A stretch of DNA of 54,584 nt from a virus (taxonomy: Duplodnaviria; Caudoviricetes), in the IMG/VR virus record IMGVR_UViG_3300032226_000620, positions 1 to 54,584 of that record. One strand, written 5' to 3'. This document shows, one piece after another, positions 37,846 to 46,199 of the stretch. The notes below the pieces were generated by a model that was given only the letters and a program-made list of their open reading frames with translations, had not been told where the DNA came from and made no database searches. How positions within the stretch are numbered: the stretch's first letter is position 1; the number at the start of each line of letters is the position of its first letter. The position numbers and the translations under genes are program-made.

Positions 37846-39289
37846 GACTATCACACGAAATTTTATTAGTGATAATTTCATCTTTACTGATATACAAGAC
37901 GACTCTAAGAAAACTTATAACAAACAGTCTCTAATAGAAAAAATAAATTATTGGAAATACATTTTAAAATATCAGTATAATGCAGTGTCAAAAGAGTCTA
38001 TCCTTATAGGCCTGCAGGTGGTTGACATAAACTATTTTGCAATCATCATTGCCGCTGCTGAGTTGAGTCTTAGAATTGTTGTGGTAGATTATAATCGAAC
38101 TGATAAATTTGAAAATATTGACTATACTGATCCAAAAACTAAAGCACTTGCTCCCATCGATATTTTCTTGCACGACTTTACTGATGCAGCATTAGAATCT
38201 AATAGAGGTTATGCTAAATTTGTATTTTTTAAGAAAATGTCAAACAGGACCTACAGCACAAAGGATTGTTTTAATTTTCAAATTAATTCAACACTATATG
38301 AAAAGTTATCAACCCTGCAGCCAGATCCTTCTGATATATTATTTAGAGTAACTAGCAGCGGAACAACCGATGCACCTAAAGTGATCGAACACTCGCATGA
38401 ATTTATTTTTGAAATTTCTCAAAGAAACAGTAAAAACTATTCTGGCATAGCATTACATGTCAGTAATCTAAATCACGGTGCTAGTGCATCTGTAACACTG
38501 TTACCATTGCTTGCTAGCAATCGTGTCACTAGACACTTATTTTACGATAGCGGTAACGTTGAATCAATAGATGGACTGATTCGACATTTAGAAAATTACA
38601 AAGATGATCTAGGTTATCTATCATTTCCTTATCCATTTCTCATTGACAAGTTCATAGAAATAAGTAGAGAAAAAAATATTCGATGGCCTAAATTGGATTT
38701 GATTACCTTATCGTATATTCTGCCAAGTGCTAAACTTGCAGTAAGAGATGGAATTTTTAAAAGCATAACTAGTATTTTTGGATCTAATGAAACCCTAGGA
38801 CCGTTGTTTATAAATAGATCCGACCAAAGTGTTTGGGATATTGATCCTAAAAATTTCACTAAACCTGACGATTTCTATAATATTGAATTATCTAAAGAAG
38901 GCAAAATAACTGTTACTGTGCCAGTTTATAACAAGAAAATCGTAACCAATGACTATTTTGAAAAGCAGGGAGAAATTTTTATTCATCGAGGTCGTTCAGA
39001 CATGTTTAGAATCAATGGCGAAACTTTGAATCTCAAATTCATCAACGACTACAACAGCACGAACACTAACACATATATTGTAGTAGATACAGTAAATCAT
39101 TGCCTATACCTTGCTTGTTGGCAAGATCTTGCTTTAGAAAAAATAAATCAAATCAAACAAGAAATAGAAGATAAGTTTGAAAGAATCAAGATTACCAAAG
39201 TAGATCGTTTAGACAAAAGCAATTTTTATTACGGAATAAAAATAGACAATGAGCTTTTGAGAGAATATTTCAGGACCTATAATGTTTGA
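37838..39289 (+). CDS. adenylate-forming (AMP-binding/ANL) enzyme
   Basis: TSSGTTDAPK P-loop, FGSNET, TND, GRSD motifs; start at ATG 37838. Confidence 0.75.
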   Translation: MSKTITRNFISDNFIFTDIQDDSKKTYNKQSLIEKINYWKYILKYQYNAVSKESILIGLQVVDINYFAIIIAAAELSLRIVVVDYNRTDKFENIDYTDPKTKALAPIDIFLHDFTDAALESNRGYAKFVFFKKMSNRTYSTKDCFNFQINSTLYEKLSTLQPDPSDILFRVTSSGTTDAPKVIEHSHEFIFEISQRNSKNYSGIALHVSNLNHGASASVTLLPLLASNRVTRHLFYDSGNVESIDGLIRHLENYKDDLGYLSFPYPFLIDKFIEISREKNIRWPKLDLITLSYILPSAKLAVRDGIFKSITSIFGSNETLGPLFINRSDQSVWDIDPKNFTKPDDFYNIELSKEGKITVTVPVYNKKIVTNDYFEKQGEIFIHRGRSDMFRINGETLNLKFINDYNSTNTNTYIVVDTVNHCLYLACWQDLALEKINQIKQEIEDKFERIKITKVDRLDKSNFYYGIKIDNELLREYFRTYNV

Positions 39290-39527
39290 CAATCATTTAA
39301 ACAAGAGTCGCGTTACCTATTTTCAACATCTAAGATGGGCCATAGTTGCAGGTATCAGATTAATATGGGCAGGAATTGCCAGTATTATTCATGGAGTTTG
39401 CCCTAGATTGTTTGATCAAGTTGCTCCAAGAACAATAATCGATATCTTTTACGGACACCTTAAAAATCATCCCAACCAAGATTATAAACAAATAATCTCG
39501 GAAGCTGAGAAAAAATCTAAATTTTAA
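39282..39527 (+). CDS. DUF6356-like small protein
   Basis: H.....TYFQH...A.......A.IIHG..P.LF pattern. Confidence 0.6.
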   Translation: MFDNHLNKSRVTYFQHLRWAIVAGIRLIWAGIASIIHGVCPRLFDQVAPRTIIDIFYGHLKNHPNQDYKQIISEAEKKSKF

Positions 39528-41974
39528 GGATTTATTCCGTAATAAGGCATGGCGTAGGTTGTGGCTCCAATTTTAACTTTCAGATATCCGACAACACCGC
39601 CACCTAGATTTACTTGCCCCGAAGCGCCTCCTGCTGTAGTCGAAGTACTGGAATTGACTTTGAGGATTAAATCAGGACCAAACGACAGTGCAGTTTGTGG
39701 AACAAATGAAGCATCAAATACGCTAAATGACATTTCAGTAGGTACCAGTCCAGCTGATGGAGCACCACTAACTGTGACCTGCATGGCTGCCATAGGAACC
39801 GATGATGCAGTGCTGTCGCGTCCGTACCATATTAGACTGGTTCCTGAATCTCCTGATTGCAGTGCCGCTGGCGCAGTTAAGGTTCCTCTTGATCTAACAA
39901 ATTGCACAGCCTGACCGTCTGCTCCTGTACTGGCACCATTTATAGTTAATAGGTCGTAAGCATCATTTAAATTTCCGTCAGTGTCGATACGCAGGCCTGC
40001 TTTGGTTCCACCGGTAGTAGTTCCAGAAAGCACCATAGTTTTACCAGTGTACTGTTCAGAGTTTGTTGAAATGTTTTCAACATTGCCTACTACTTTGCCT
40101 TCAACAGCATCTATCAATTTGGTTGAGTTATCACCAAATACTGATCCTACAACATCTCCTTCAAATGTGCCTTTTACCACAGCAGCTGGAATTTGACCAC
40201 TGGTAGCATCTACCAGTAGTGTAGAATTGTCAGCAAAGATTGATCCTTTAACATCACCAACAACAGTACCACTTACATTACCAACATGGAATCCAGTTGT
40301 ATCGCCAACTAAATTGCCAGTTACATTTCCTACAACATCTCCTTCAAATGTGCCTTTTACCACAGCAGCTGGAATTTGACCACTGGTAGCATCTACCAGT
40401 AGTGTAGAATTGTCAGCAAAGATTGATCCTTTAACATCACCAACAACACTACCACTAACACTACCTATTAAATTACCGGTAACTGTTCCAGTCAAATTAC
40501 CGGTAACTGTTCCTATTACTGCGTTGGTTGCTGACAGAGTGTTAGAAAACGGATTATAAGTTAATCCGCTATCAGTATAGATCGCATTGTCGCCCGTTTG
40601 ATCCTCAAAGAATGTAATGAAGTGAGTAGCATCTGTACCAGTCACATTGGTTGTGACTGTGATAGCATTAGCGCCAGCCGATGTGCCAATAGCACTGCCA
40701 CCTACTGTGGAGCCTGCCGGTAAATTAATAACTGTTCCGTTGCCGCTAATAGTAGCATTACCAATCCATAGGGCATTTGCGCCTTCTGTCAAATATAGTT
40801 TATTAAATTTTCTAGTGTACGAACCTAGATTGTACGATTCGCTAATGCTAGGAAATACATCGCCGCCTACAAACAGTTCATTTTCAAAAGTTACATCGCT
40901 GTTAAAAATTATAGCCGGTGTAACAGTAATTGCACTGCTATCTGCACTGTCGATTAATGAAGTAAAAATGTTTCCAGTTACACTACCTGTAACATTGCCT
41001 GTAACATTACCAGTGAATATGCTTGCTGAAAGAGTGTTTGTGCTAGGAAAATAGGTTAATCCTGTGTCAGTTCTAACTTGTTCATTGCCTGTGGCTGTGT
41101 CAACAAATGTAACATAATGAGCAGCAGCAGATGTGTCTGTTGCAGTCAGTGCTATTGTAGATGCTACAGTTGCAGAACCTGCATTGCCAGTCACATCTCC
41201 AGTTAGATTACCTTGCACACTACCAATCAATGTTCCGCGAAGTACGCCGTCTCTTGCATCAACTAAAATAGAACTGTCGAAACCAAATACTGATCCGTAA
41301 AGATCACCGTTAAACTGTCCGGTTGCTGTGTTAACTAATACTGTGCTATCTGCACCGATCACATTTCCAGTTACCACAATATTGTAGGCATCGCCTTCAT
41401 TAATACCTAATGCTTGTCCACCAATAGTTGATCCTGTAGGAAAATCTATAGCTGTTCCGGTTGAAGTAATTACGGCATTACCTAGGTATATCGAATTGCC
41501 GCTTAGATAGATATCTTTAAATCTGTAGGCAGCACTTCCTATATCATAGGCAATGTTTGTGTCTGGTATAATATCGCCTTGTGCTACAAAATTACCATAA
41601 ATGGTATGAGTATCAGAATTAACAATTACTCCGGAATCATCTGATACTAAATTTCCTTTGAAGCCATCACTGGCTCTAATTTGACCAATATAATTTGATA
41701 AATCTTGTTGTACAGTTGCCTGTAATCTATTACCAATATATGCAAATGTAATGCCGCTATGTACGGTATTGTCATTTTGACCAATACCCAAGAACATAGT
41801 AGCTGTAATAGATCTAGAGTCGTCTACACTGAAATTGGTCACAGGTAGTCCACCGGCTGTGGTTCCATTTCCCACGTAAACGCTTCCTGTGGTTGTATCG
41901 TAAACGAGTTCGCCCGCTAATGGTGTGTTGGCCAGCCTATCAGCTGTGGGTCCTCTTCTAATCTGTAAAGGCAT
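39524..41974 (-). CDS. tail fibre / virion-decoration protein with Mtd-like N-terminus and G-[N/D]-[V/L]-[T/V] repeats
   Basis: MPLQIRRG...LAGELVYDT N-terminus, GNVTG/GDVVG repeats, repeated GSVF.DNST.LVDA modules; TATAAATA upstream (about 42007-42014). Confidence 0.75.
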   Translation of the reverse strand: MPLQIRRGPTADRLANTPLAGELVYDTTTGSVYVGNGTTAGGLPVTNFSVDDSRSITATMFLGIGQNDNTVHSGITFAYIGNRLQATVQQDLSNYIGQIRASDGFKGNLVSDDSGVIVNSDTHTIYGNFVAQGDIIPDTNIAYDIGSAAYRFKDIYLSGNSIYLGNAVITSTGTAIDFPTGSTIGGQALGINEGDAYNIVVTGNVIGADSTVLVNTATGQFNGDLYGSVFGFDSSILVDARDGVLRGTLIGSVQGNLTGDVTGNAGSATVASTIALTATDTSAAAHYVTFVDTATGNEQVRTDTGLTYFPSTNTLSASIFTGNVTGNVTGSVTGNIFTSLIDSADSSAITVTPAIIFNSDVTFENELFVGGDVFPSISESYNLGSYTRKFNKLYLTEGANALWIGNATISGNGTVINLPAGSTVGGSAIGTSAGANAITVTTNVTGTDATHFITFFEDQTGDNAIYTDSGLTYNPFSNTLSATNAVIGTVTGNLTGTVTGNLIGSVSGSVVGDVKGSIFADNSTLLVDATSGQIPAAVVKGTFEGDVVGNVTGNLVGDTTGFHVGNVSGTVVGDVKGSIFADNSTLLVDATSGQIPAAVVKGTFEGDVVGSVFGDNSTKLIDAVEGKVVGNVENISTNSEQYTGKTMVLSGTTTGGTKAGLRIDTDGNLNDAYDLLTINGASTGADGQAVQFVRSRGTLTAPAALQSGDSGTSLIWYGRDSTASSVPMAAMQVTVSGAPSAGLVPTEMSFSVFDASFVPQTALSFGPDLILKVNSSTSTTAGGASGQVNLGGGVVGYLKVKIGATTYAMPYYGINP
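40145..40448. repeat. two apparently identical ~121-bp direct repeats (40145-40265 and 40328-40448) inside the fibre gene
   Basis: Same DNA sequence, 183 bp apart, encoding VVGDVKGSIFADNSTLLVDATSGQIPAAVVKGTFEGDVVG. Confidence 0.9.
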
Positions 41975-42052
41975 GCTTAACTCCTGGAATGTTCGTATCC
42001 TATGTTATATTTATACCTTTGTTTCTTTTCCCTAAAGTTAGAAATTTTAGTC

Positions 42053-42079
42053 AAAAAAATAGGCTCCGAAGAGCCTATT
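42053..42079 (-). terminator. rho-independent terminator
   Basis: AATAGGCTC-TTCG-GAGCCTATT followed by a T run. Confidence 0.9.
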
Positions 42080-42094
42080 AAACTGCGTAGATTA

Positions 42095-42700
42095 CTACAT
42101 GGTAGGTCCGTTGCCGTTCCTAAATCCAGATGATCCACCTTCTGTTTCGATCCTTTTGATAACATCTTCAAACAATATGGGTGCAAAGTCTGGTGTTTGT
42201 TCTACGCAAACGCAATGGTAACGAACATCGAACTCATCACCGTACAATATTTCTCCTGTACGGGCATCAACACCACGAGGCTTCATAACACGATTTGCGT
42301 GAGTGTGTCCGTGAATGTTAACACCAAAACGGCCCAAGCTGTCACTATGCAATGGAATATGACTTAAGATCATACCATCCATTACATGATACGCCCGCAA
42401 CTCACGGAAGTACTCACGATATTCTGCGTCTGGAAAAATATCGTGGTTGCCACGGATAAGCACCTTGTCTCCATTCAAACGAGACAGAGTTTTCAGCGCC
42501 TTGCGGTTTATAACCACATCGCCAAGGTGATAGACCTTGTCCGTGGGCTTGACTCGTTCGTTCCACGCTTTGACCATTGCTTCGTCCATTTCCTCTGCTG
42601 AGTCCCATGGACGAAGTTTTGTAACGCCATCATTACGGGTAAAGCGGCAGACACCGGTATGTCCGAAATGCGTGTCTGATACTAAAAATACACTAGGCAT
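42095..42700 (-). CDS. calcineurin-like metallophosphoesterase
   Basis: SDTHFGH, HLGDV, GNHD, SHIP, HGHTH. Confidence 0.9.
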   Translation of the reverse strand: MPSVFLVSDTHFGHTGVCRFTRNDGVTKLRPWDSAEEMDEAMVKAWNERVKPTDKVYHLGDVVINRKALKTLSRLNGDKVLIRGNHDIFPDAEYREYFRELRAYHVMDGMILSHIPLHSDSLGRFGVNIHGHTHANRVMKPRGVDARTGEILYGDEFDVRYHCVCVEQTPDFAPILFEDVIKRIETEGGSSGFRNGNGPTM

Positions 42701-42712
42701 CTTGCCCTCCTT

Positions 42713-43117
42713 TCATTCTATTGCTCTTCGAAAAATTATTTCTTGCTTTGAAAATGCATCAACTTCCCAGGGCATGTTCAAATACTTTGTTCGTTTGCTA
42801 TACTGTTTACCACACCAAACGGCACTTCCGTTTTCTGCAGTTTTTAGTTTGCCTTTGGCCATTTGTGCAACATGAACCATTTCATGCGATAAAGTTAGCC
42901 CAATTTCTTTCAACTTCATTGGACTGATTACCACCACATAGCTGTCTAGGATATCCACAGGAACTGTCATACCCATTCCGTCACACTCGCCTCGAGCAAC
43001 TCGAATTACCACTGCCTTACGACTACGTGTCAATCCTAGTTGCTTAATTATTGAGGGCATAAGACATTCAATAAATTTGCGAGTTTTTTCACTACGGGCT
43101 TCAACAAGATATTCCAT
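42713..43117 (-). CDS. putative zincin metallopeptidase
   Basis: TLSHEMVHVAQ (HExxH) and PWEVDA. Confidence 0.7.
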   Translation of the reverse strand: MEYLVEARSEKTRKFIECLMPSIIKQLGLTRSRKAVVIRVARGECDGMGMTVPVDILDSYVVVISPMKLKEIGLTLSHEMVHVAQMAKGKLKTAENGSAVWCGKQYSKRTKYLNMPWEVDAFSKQEIIFRRAIE

Positions 43118-43141
43118 GAGCTTCCTTTGAACAGTTAATGT

Positions 43142-43170
43142 ATTATAACATCAAATGTTCAAAATGTCAA
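43142..43170 (-). promoter_or_regulatory. sigma70-type promoter
   Basis: TTGACA-17nt-TATAAT with extended -10. Confidence 0.8.
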
Positions 43171-43172
43171 CC

Positions 43173-43379
43173 TTAGCACTCTAAATCAATATGGCGACCT
43201 TTGTCCAAGTCTAATCGAAGATTCCGAGATACTCGATCTGCTATAACTTGATCTAATCTGCGTTCTTCAACCTTTTTGGCATAATCCGCAGTTCGTTGTT
43301 TTTCCAAACGAATCTGATCCAGACGATACTGTTCTAGATTGTACTTGATGACACTTTGTTCTGCTCTCGAAATGCTCAT
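43173..43379 (-). CDS. hypothetical protein
   Basis: 68-aa ORF with ATGA coupling. Confidence 0.65.
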   Translation of the reverse strand: MSISRAEQSVIKYNLEQYRLDQIRLEKQRTADYAKKVEERRLDQVIADRVSRNLRLDLDKGRHIDLEC

Positions 43380-43843
43380 AGGTCATTCCTAAATGTACGC
43401 CAATCGTCGATGTTGGGCTTTTCGTTTTCATCGTATGTCCAACCCAAGGCCTTCATCATGCGATGCTTGACTAACAGATTTGGACTACGCCAGCGGCCTA
43501 CATCATTAAAGCCCATCATGACTCCAAGTTCACAAACTGCACCCGAACGGCAAACGCCAGCGTAGCAGTGAACAACCACATTCATGCGATTTTCCAAAGC
43601 ATGTTGTAAAAGAGCCACAAGTTCGTTGGCTTGCTCTTGACTGCATCGCATGGCTTCGTCTAGGCATTCGTCGTTGGCTTCAATATCCAAGAACTCAAAA
43701 TTGTGACGCTCTTTAAACTGGTGCTTGGCTTCGGGTCTCCAGCTAGCAGGATCAACAATGCTGATCAGCATACTGTTTGGTCCAGCATCGTGATGAAACC
43801 CTGTTGGGATATCAGCGGCTGCTACATTTTCAATCCACGGCAT
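43376..43843 (-). CDS. protein-tyrosine/dual-specificity phosphatase-like protein
   Basis: VVHCYAGVCRS (CX5R) and PN..V motif. Confidence 0.85.
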   Translation of the reverse strand: MPWIENVAAADIPTGFHHDAGPNSMLISIVDPASWRPEAKHQFKERHNFEFLDIEANDECLDEAMRCSQEQANELVALLQHALENRMNVVVHCYAGVCRSGAVCELGVMMGFNDVGRWRSPNLLVKHRMMKALGWTYDENEKPNIDDWRTFRNDL

Positions 43844-43853
43844 ATCGTCTCCT

Positions 43854-44027
43854 TCAATAGGTTTCTTTCACAATGTCAAACTTGTCAGCAGGCCATTTAG
43901 CTTTGAATTCATCTGATTTAACATATTCATTGTATGCTTTAGCATCAAAGAACATTTTACTGAACACAGTTTTAAATGTGCCTTTTGGGTTTATGGTCAA
44001 ATAAACTGATTTTGCCTTGCCTGCCAT
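43854..44027 (-). CDS. hypothetical protein (57 aa)
   Basis: MAGKAKSVYL...; AAGGAG RBS before ATG 44027. Confidence 0.7.
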   Translation of the reverse strand: MAGKAKSVYLTINPKGTFKTVFSKMFFDAKAYNEYVKSDEFKAKWPADKFDIVKETY

Positions 44028-44043
44028 TCTAGCTCCTTGTGTG

Positions 44044-44262
44044 TTATAATCTGTAACTAACTCGGCCCTTTGATAAATCATAAGGGCTAACTTCTACCTT
44101 AACTCGATCGCCTAGAATGATACGAATCTTGTGTTGCTTGAGTTTGCCGCTGGTATAACACAGCATTAGGTTGGGCATGTTTTCAATTTTTACCTTGTAC
44201 ATGCTGCCCGGCAGAACTTCTTCTACAACGCCTGTTAATTCAATAATATCTTCTTTGGCCAT
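44044..44262 (-). CDS. infA: translation initiation factor IF-1
   Basis: MAKEDIIELTGVVEEVLP...SGKLKQHKIRIILGDRVKVEVSPYDLSKGRVSYR. Confidence 0.95.
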   Translation of the reverse strand: MAKEDIIELTGVVEEVLPGSMYKVKIENMPNLMLCYTSGKLKQHKIRIILGDRVKVEVSPYDLSKGRVSYRL

Positions 44263-44499
44263 CTAGGTTTTATCTTTCTTTTTTACGCGGCCAATTCGGC
44301 TCGCCTTATTCCAATCGTATTTAATACCATCCGGACAAACACCATCCTTGATGCTGTCTACACCAAAATGTCCACACACTTCAAACTCACCACCATTAAT
44401 GGTTACAAACATGCCTACTGTTTTGGCAAATGCCATTGCCTCATCCAAACTAGGCAATGTGTTTAGAGTGAGTCCTTTTTTGCTTATTACTTTGTACAT
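44263..44499 (-). CDS. hypothetical protein (78 aa), probably leaderless
   Basis: MYKVISK...FGVDSIKDGVCPDG..YDWNK; the ORF-track extension overlaps tRNA-Thr; ends in TAG abutting the infA ATG. Confidence 0.7.
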   Translation of the reverse strand: MYKVISKKGLTLNTLPSLDEAMAFAKTVGMFVTINGGEFEVCGHFGVDSIKDGVCPDGIKYDWNKASRIGRVKKKDKT

Positions 44500-44505
44500 A
44501 CGACT

Positions 44506-44534
44506 ATTATACTGTCTTTCTTTCAATTTGTCAA
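44506..44534 (-). promoter_or_regulatory. sigma70-type promoter, leaderless
   Basis: TTGACA-17nt-TATAAT, then 6 nt to ATG 44499. Confidence 0.8.
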
Positions 44535-44535
44535 G

Positions 44536-44609
44536 TGGTGCTCTAGCCAAGAATTGAACTTGGAATTCAGTCTTACCAAGACTGTGTAATACCATTTTAC
44601 TACAAGAGC
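44536..44609 (-). tRNA. tRNA-Thr(GGT)
   Basis: Cloverleaf, anticodon arm CAGTC-TTGGTAA-GACTG, encoded CCA. Confidence 0.9.
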
Positions 44610-44610
44610 G

Positions 44611-44685
44611 TGGTCCGGCGTAAAGGAATCGAACCTCTGTTCGTACTTTAGAAGAGTACTGTATTTTCCACTATACGAACGCCGG
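44611..44685 (-). tRNA. tRNA-Arg(TCT)
   Basis: Anticodon arm GTACT-CTTCTAA-AGTAC, encoded CCA. Confidence 0.9.
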
Positions 44686-44691
44686 ATAAAG

Positions 44692-44730
44692 AAAAACCCT
44701 GCCGTAAGTACTATGTCTTAGAGGGCAGGG
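44692..44730 (-). terminator. terminator-like hairpin with a long loop
   Basis: CCCTGCC...GGCAGGG followed by TTTTTCTTT. Confidence 0.45.
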
Positions 44731-44785
44731 CCGTGTTATTTTTGACAGACTACTTATCACATTATACTCCGCCTGTCAGGGAGAG

Positions 44786-45223
44786 TTATTGTTTTACATC
44801 GTATTCGTAGTTTACTGTATTTAGATTTTCTCTAAAAACTCCAGCACCGTTTTTAGTATGAAACCGTTTGGCCATTTCAGTCTTTGGGCTAAGGGTAACA
44901 AAACGCTGCACACTAGGAAATTGTTTTTGTATTTCTGCTACAGTTGCTCTCAACAACTCTACACCAGCCCCCGGGGCGTAACTCCAAATTGTGTAGAATA
45001 TTGCCGCAGTTGGCACTTCAGCATCTTGAACTAGATCGCTAACATCTTCTGGAATAAAGTCCTGTAGACTAACACACACCATTGCTCGGGGAATGTCATC
45101 TACTAGAGCACTTACAAACTTGTTTTTGCCCACTCTAAATTCTTTAGATAATTCCGGACGAACGGGATCATCCTTTACATAATCTAGTAGCGGATCGGTT
45201 AGATTTGTTATGAAGGACAACAT
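44786..45223 (-). CDS. GNAT-fold protein resembling the malonyl-CoA decarboxylase catalytic domain
   Basis: AAIFYTIWSY..GAG..LL....IQKQFPSVQRFVTLSP; start at ATG 45223. Confidence 0.55.
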   Translation of the reverse strand: MLSFITNLTDPLLDYVKDDPVRPELSKEFRVGKNKFVSALVDDIPRAMVCVSLQDFIPEDVSDLVQDAEVPTAAIFYTIWSYAPGAGVELLRATVAEIQKQFPSVQRFVTLSPKTEMAKRFHTKNGAGVFRENLNTVNYEYDVKQ

Positions 45224-45284
45224 TTTATTCTCTCTTTTATATGCGTACTTATCTTTTTTTTGCAAAAAGTCTATTACAAGGAGA

Positions 45285-45842
45285 TTACAAGATATATTCG
45301 ATGTCCGCAGCAAGAATAAATCTGTAATCCATGCTTTGAACAATACCCGGACGATGCCAGGTATCGCTAGGATAAATGTTCCATGTGTATTCGTTAGGAC
45401 CAATAAAAAACTTTCCATCGTTCTCAGGACCCATAGGTGCGATCTCTGTTCCGCAAGTTTCTCTATTTTCTACATCTTTAGGAATATGTAGATACAAAAT
45501 ACCACTCAACATTTTGGCATTGGGATTTTGTGGATGCCAATGATTGTGCCATAGTTTCTCACGATCTTCGGCACCTTCTAGGTTAGTCATGAAACTCCAG
45601 GCCATCATATTTGATACTTTTACTTCACGGCCTAGATACATGAATACACTGAACATAAAGCTCATTCGATATTTTAACCATACTTCTTCCGGACGAGAAA
45701 ATATGTTTTCTTTAGTCTGATATTTGGGACTATTTGTAAAATAATTCCCACCAGCAATAATGCTCTTGATAATGCCTATGGCCTTGTGATTATCTTCTGG
45801 GGTAATTACACTACTAAAATCGAATTGTTTAACTGATATCAT
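45285..45842 (-). CDS. putative Fe(II)/2OG oxygenase
   Basis: WHNH...LSGILYL...GTE...IYPS..WHRP...RFILAAD. Confidence 0.65.
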   Translation of the reverse strand: MISVKQFDFSSVITPEDNHKAIGIIKSIIAGGNYFTNSPKYQTKENIFSRPEEVWLKYRMSFMFSVFMYLGREVKVSNMMAWSFMTNLEGAEDREKLWHNHWHPQNPNAKMLSGILYLHIPKDVENRETCGTEIAPMGPENDGKFFIGPNEYTWNIYPSDTWHRPGIVQSMDYRFILAADIEYIL

Positions 45843-45849
45843 TTTATAA

Positions 45850-45923
45850 TGGAGCGGAGTGAGAGAATCGAACTCTCGACCGAAGATTGGAAATCTGCTG
45901 TTTTACCATTAAACTAACCCCGC
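45850..45923 (-). tRNA. tRNA-Gly(TCC)
   Basis: GCGGGGT...AGAT-TTCCAA-TCT..., T73 discriminator, CCA. Confidence 0.9.
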
Positions 45924-45941
45924 ATACATATATTTACTTTT

Positions 45942-46016
45942 TGGTCTCGTTACCAGGAATCGAACCTGGATTTATTCTTTAGGAGAGAATCGTTCTATCC
46001 ATTGAACTACAACGAG
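45942..46016 (-). tRNA. tRNA-Arg(CCT)
   Basis: ATTCT-CTCCTAA-AGAAT anticodon arm, CCA. Confidence 0.9.
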
Positions 46017-46199
46017 TTATTCTTCTTCAGGCGGATTTGCCAGCGGACTAGTTGATGGTTTTTTCTTAGACCATTGACTATAACTTGCACCGTCGACTCG
46101 GCCACTTTGATTGGGTTTGAGTCTTTGAATTTCACCGCCTTTAGCGAGAAACTCAGCCATTGCTGCTTCTGTTGCCGCTTGCTCTTCTGCTTTTGTCAT
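46017..46199 (-). CDS. SutA-like RNA-polymerase-binding small protein (60 aa)
   Basis: EAAMAEFLAKGGEIQRLKPN resembles the SutA RNAP-binding core (AMEEFLARGGKVQEIEPN, from recall); start at ATG 46199. Confidence 0.55.
   Translation of the reverse strand: MTKAEEQAATEAAMAEFLAKGGEIQRLKPNQSGRVDGASYSQWSKKKPSTSPLANPPEEE

Noticed and set aside
11039-39527. Bacterial chromosomal biosynthetic cluster or contamination
   Set aside because: It is flanked by phage-type genes, shares the TAA(A/G)TA motif and gene packing with them, and has no transporters, regulators or resistance genes
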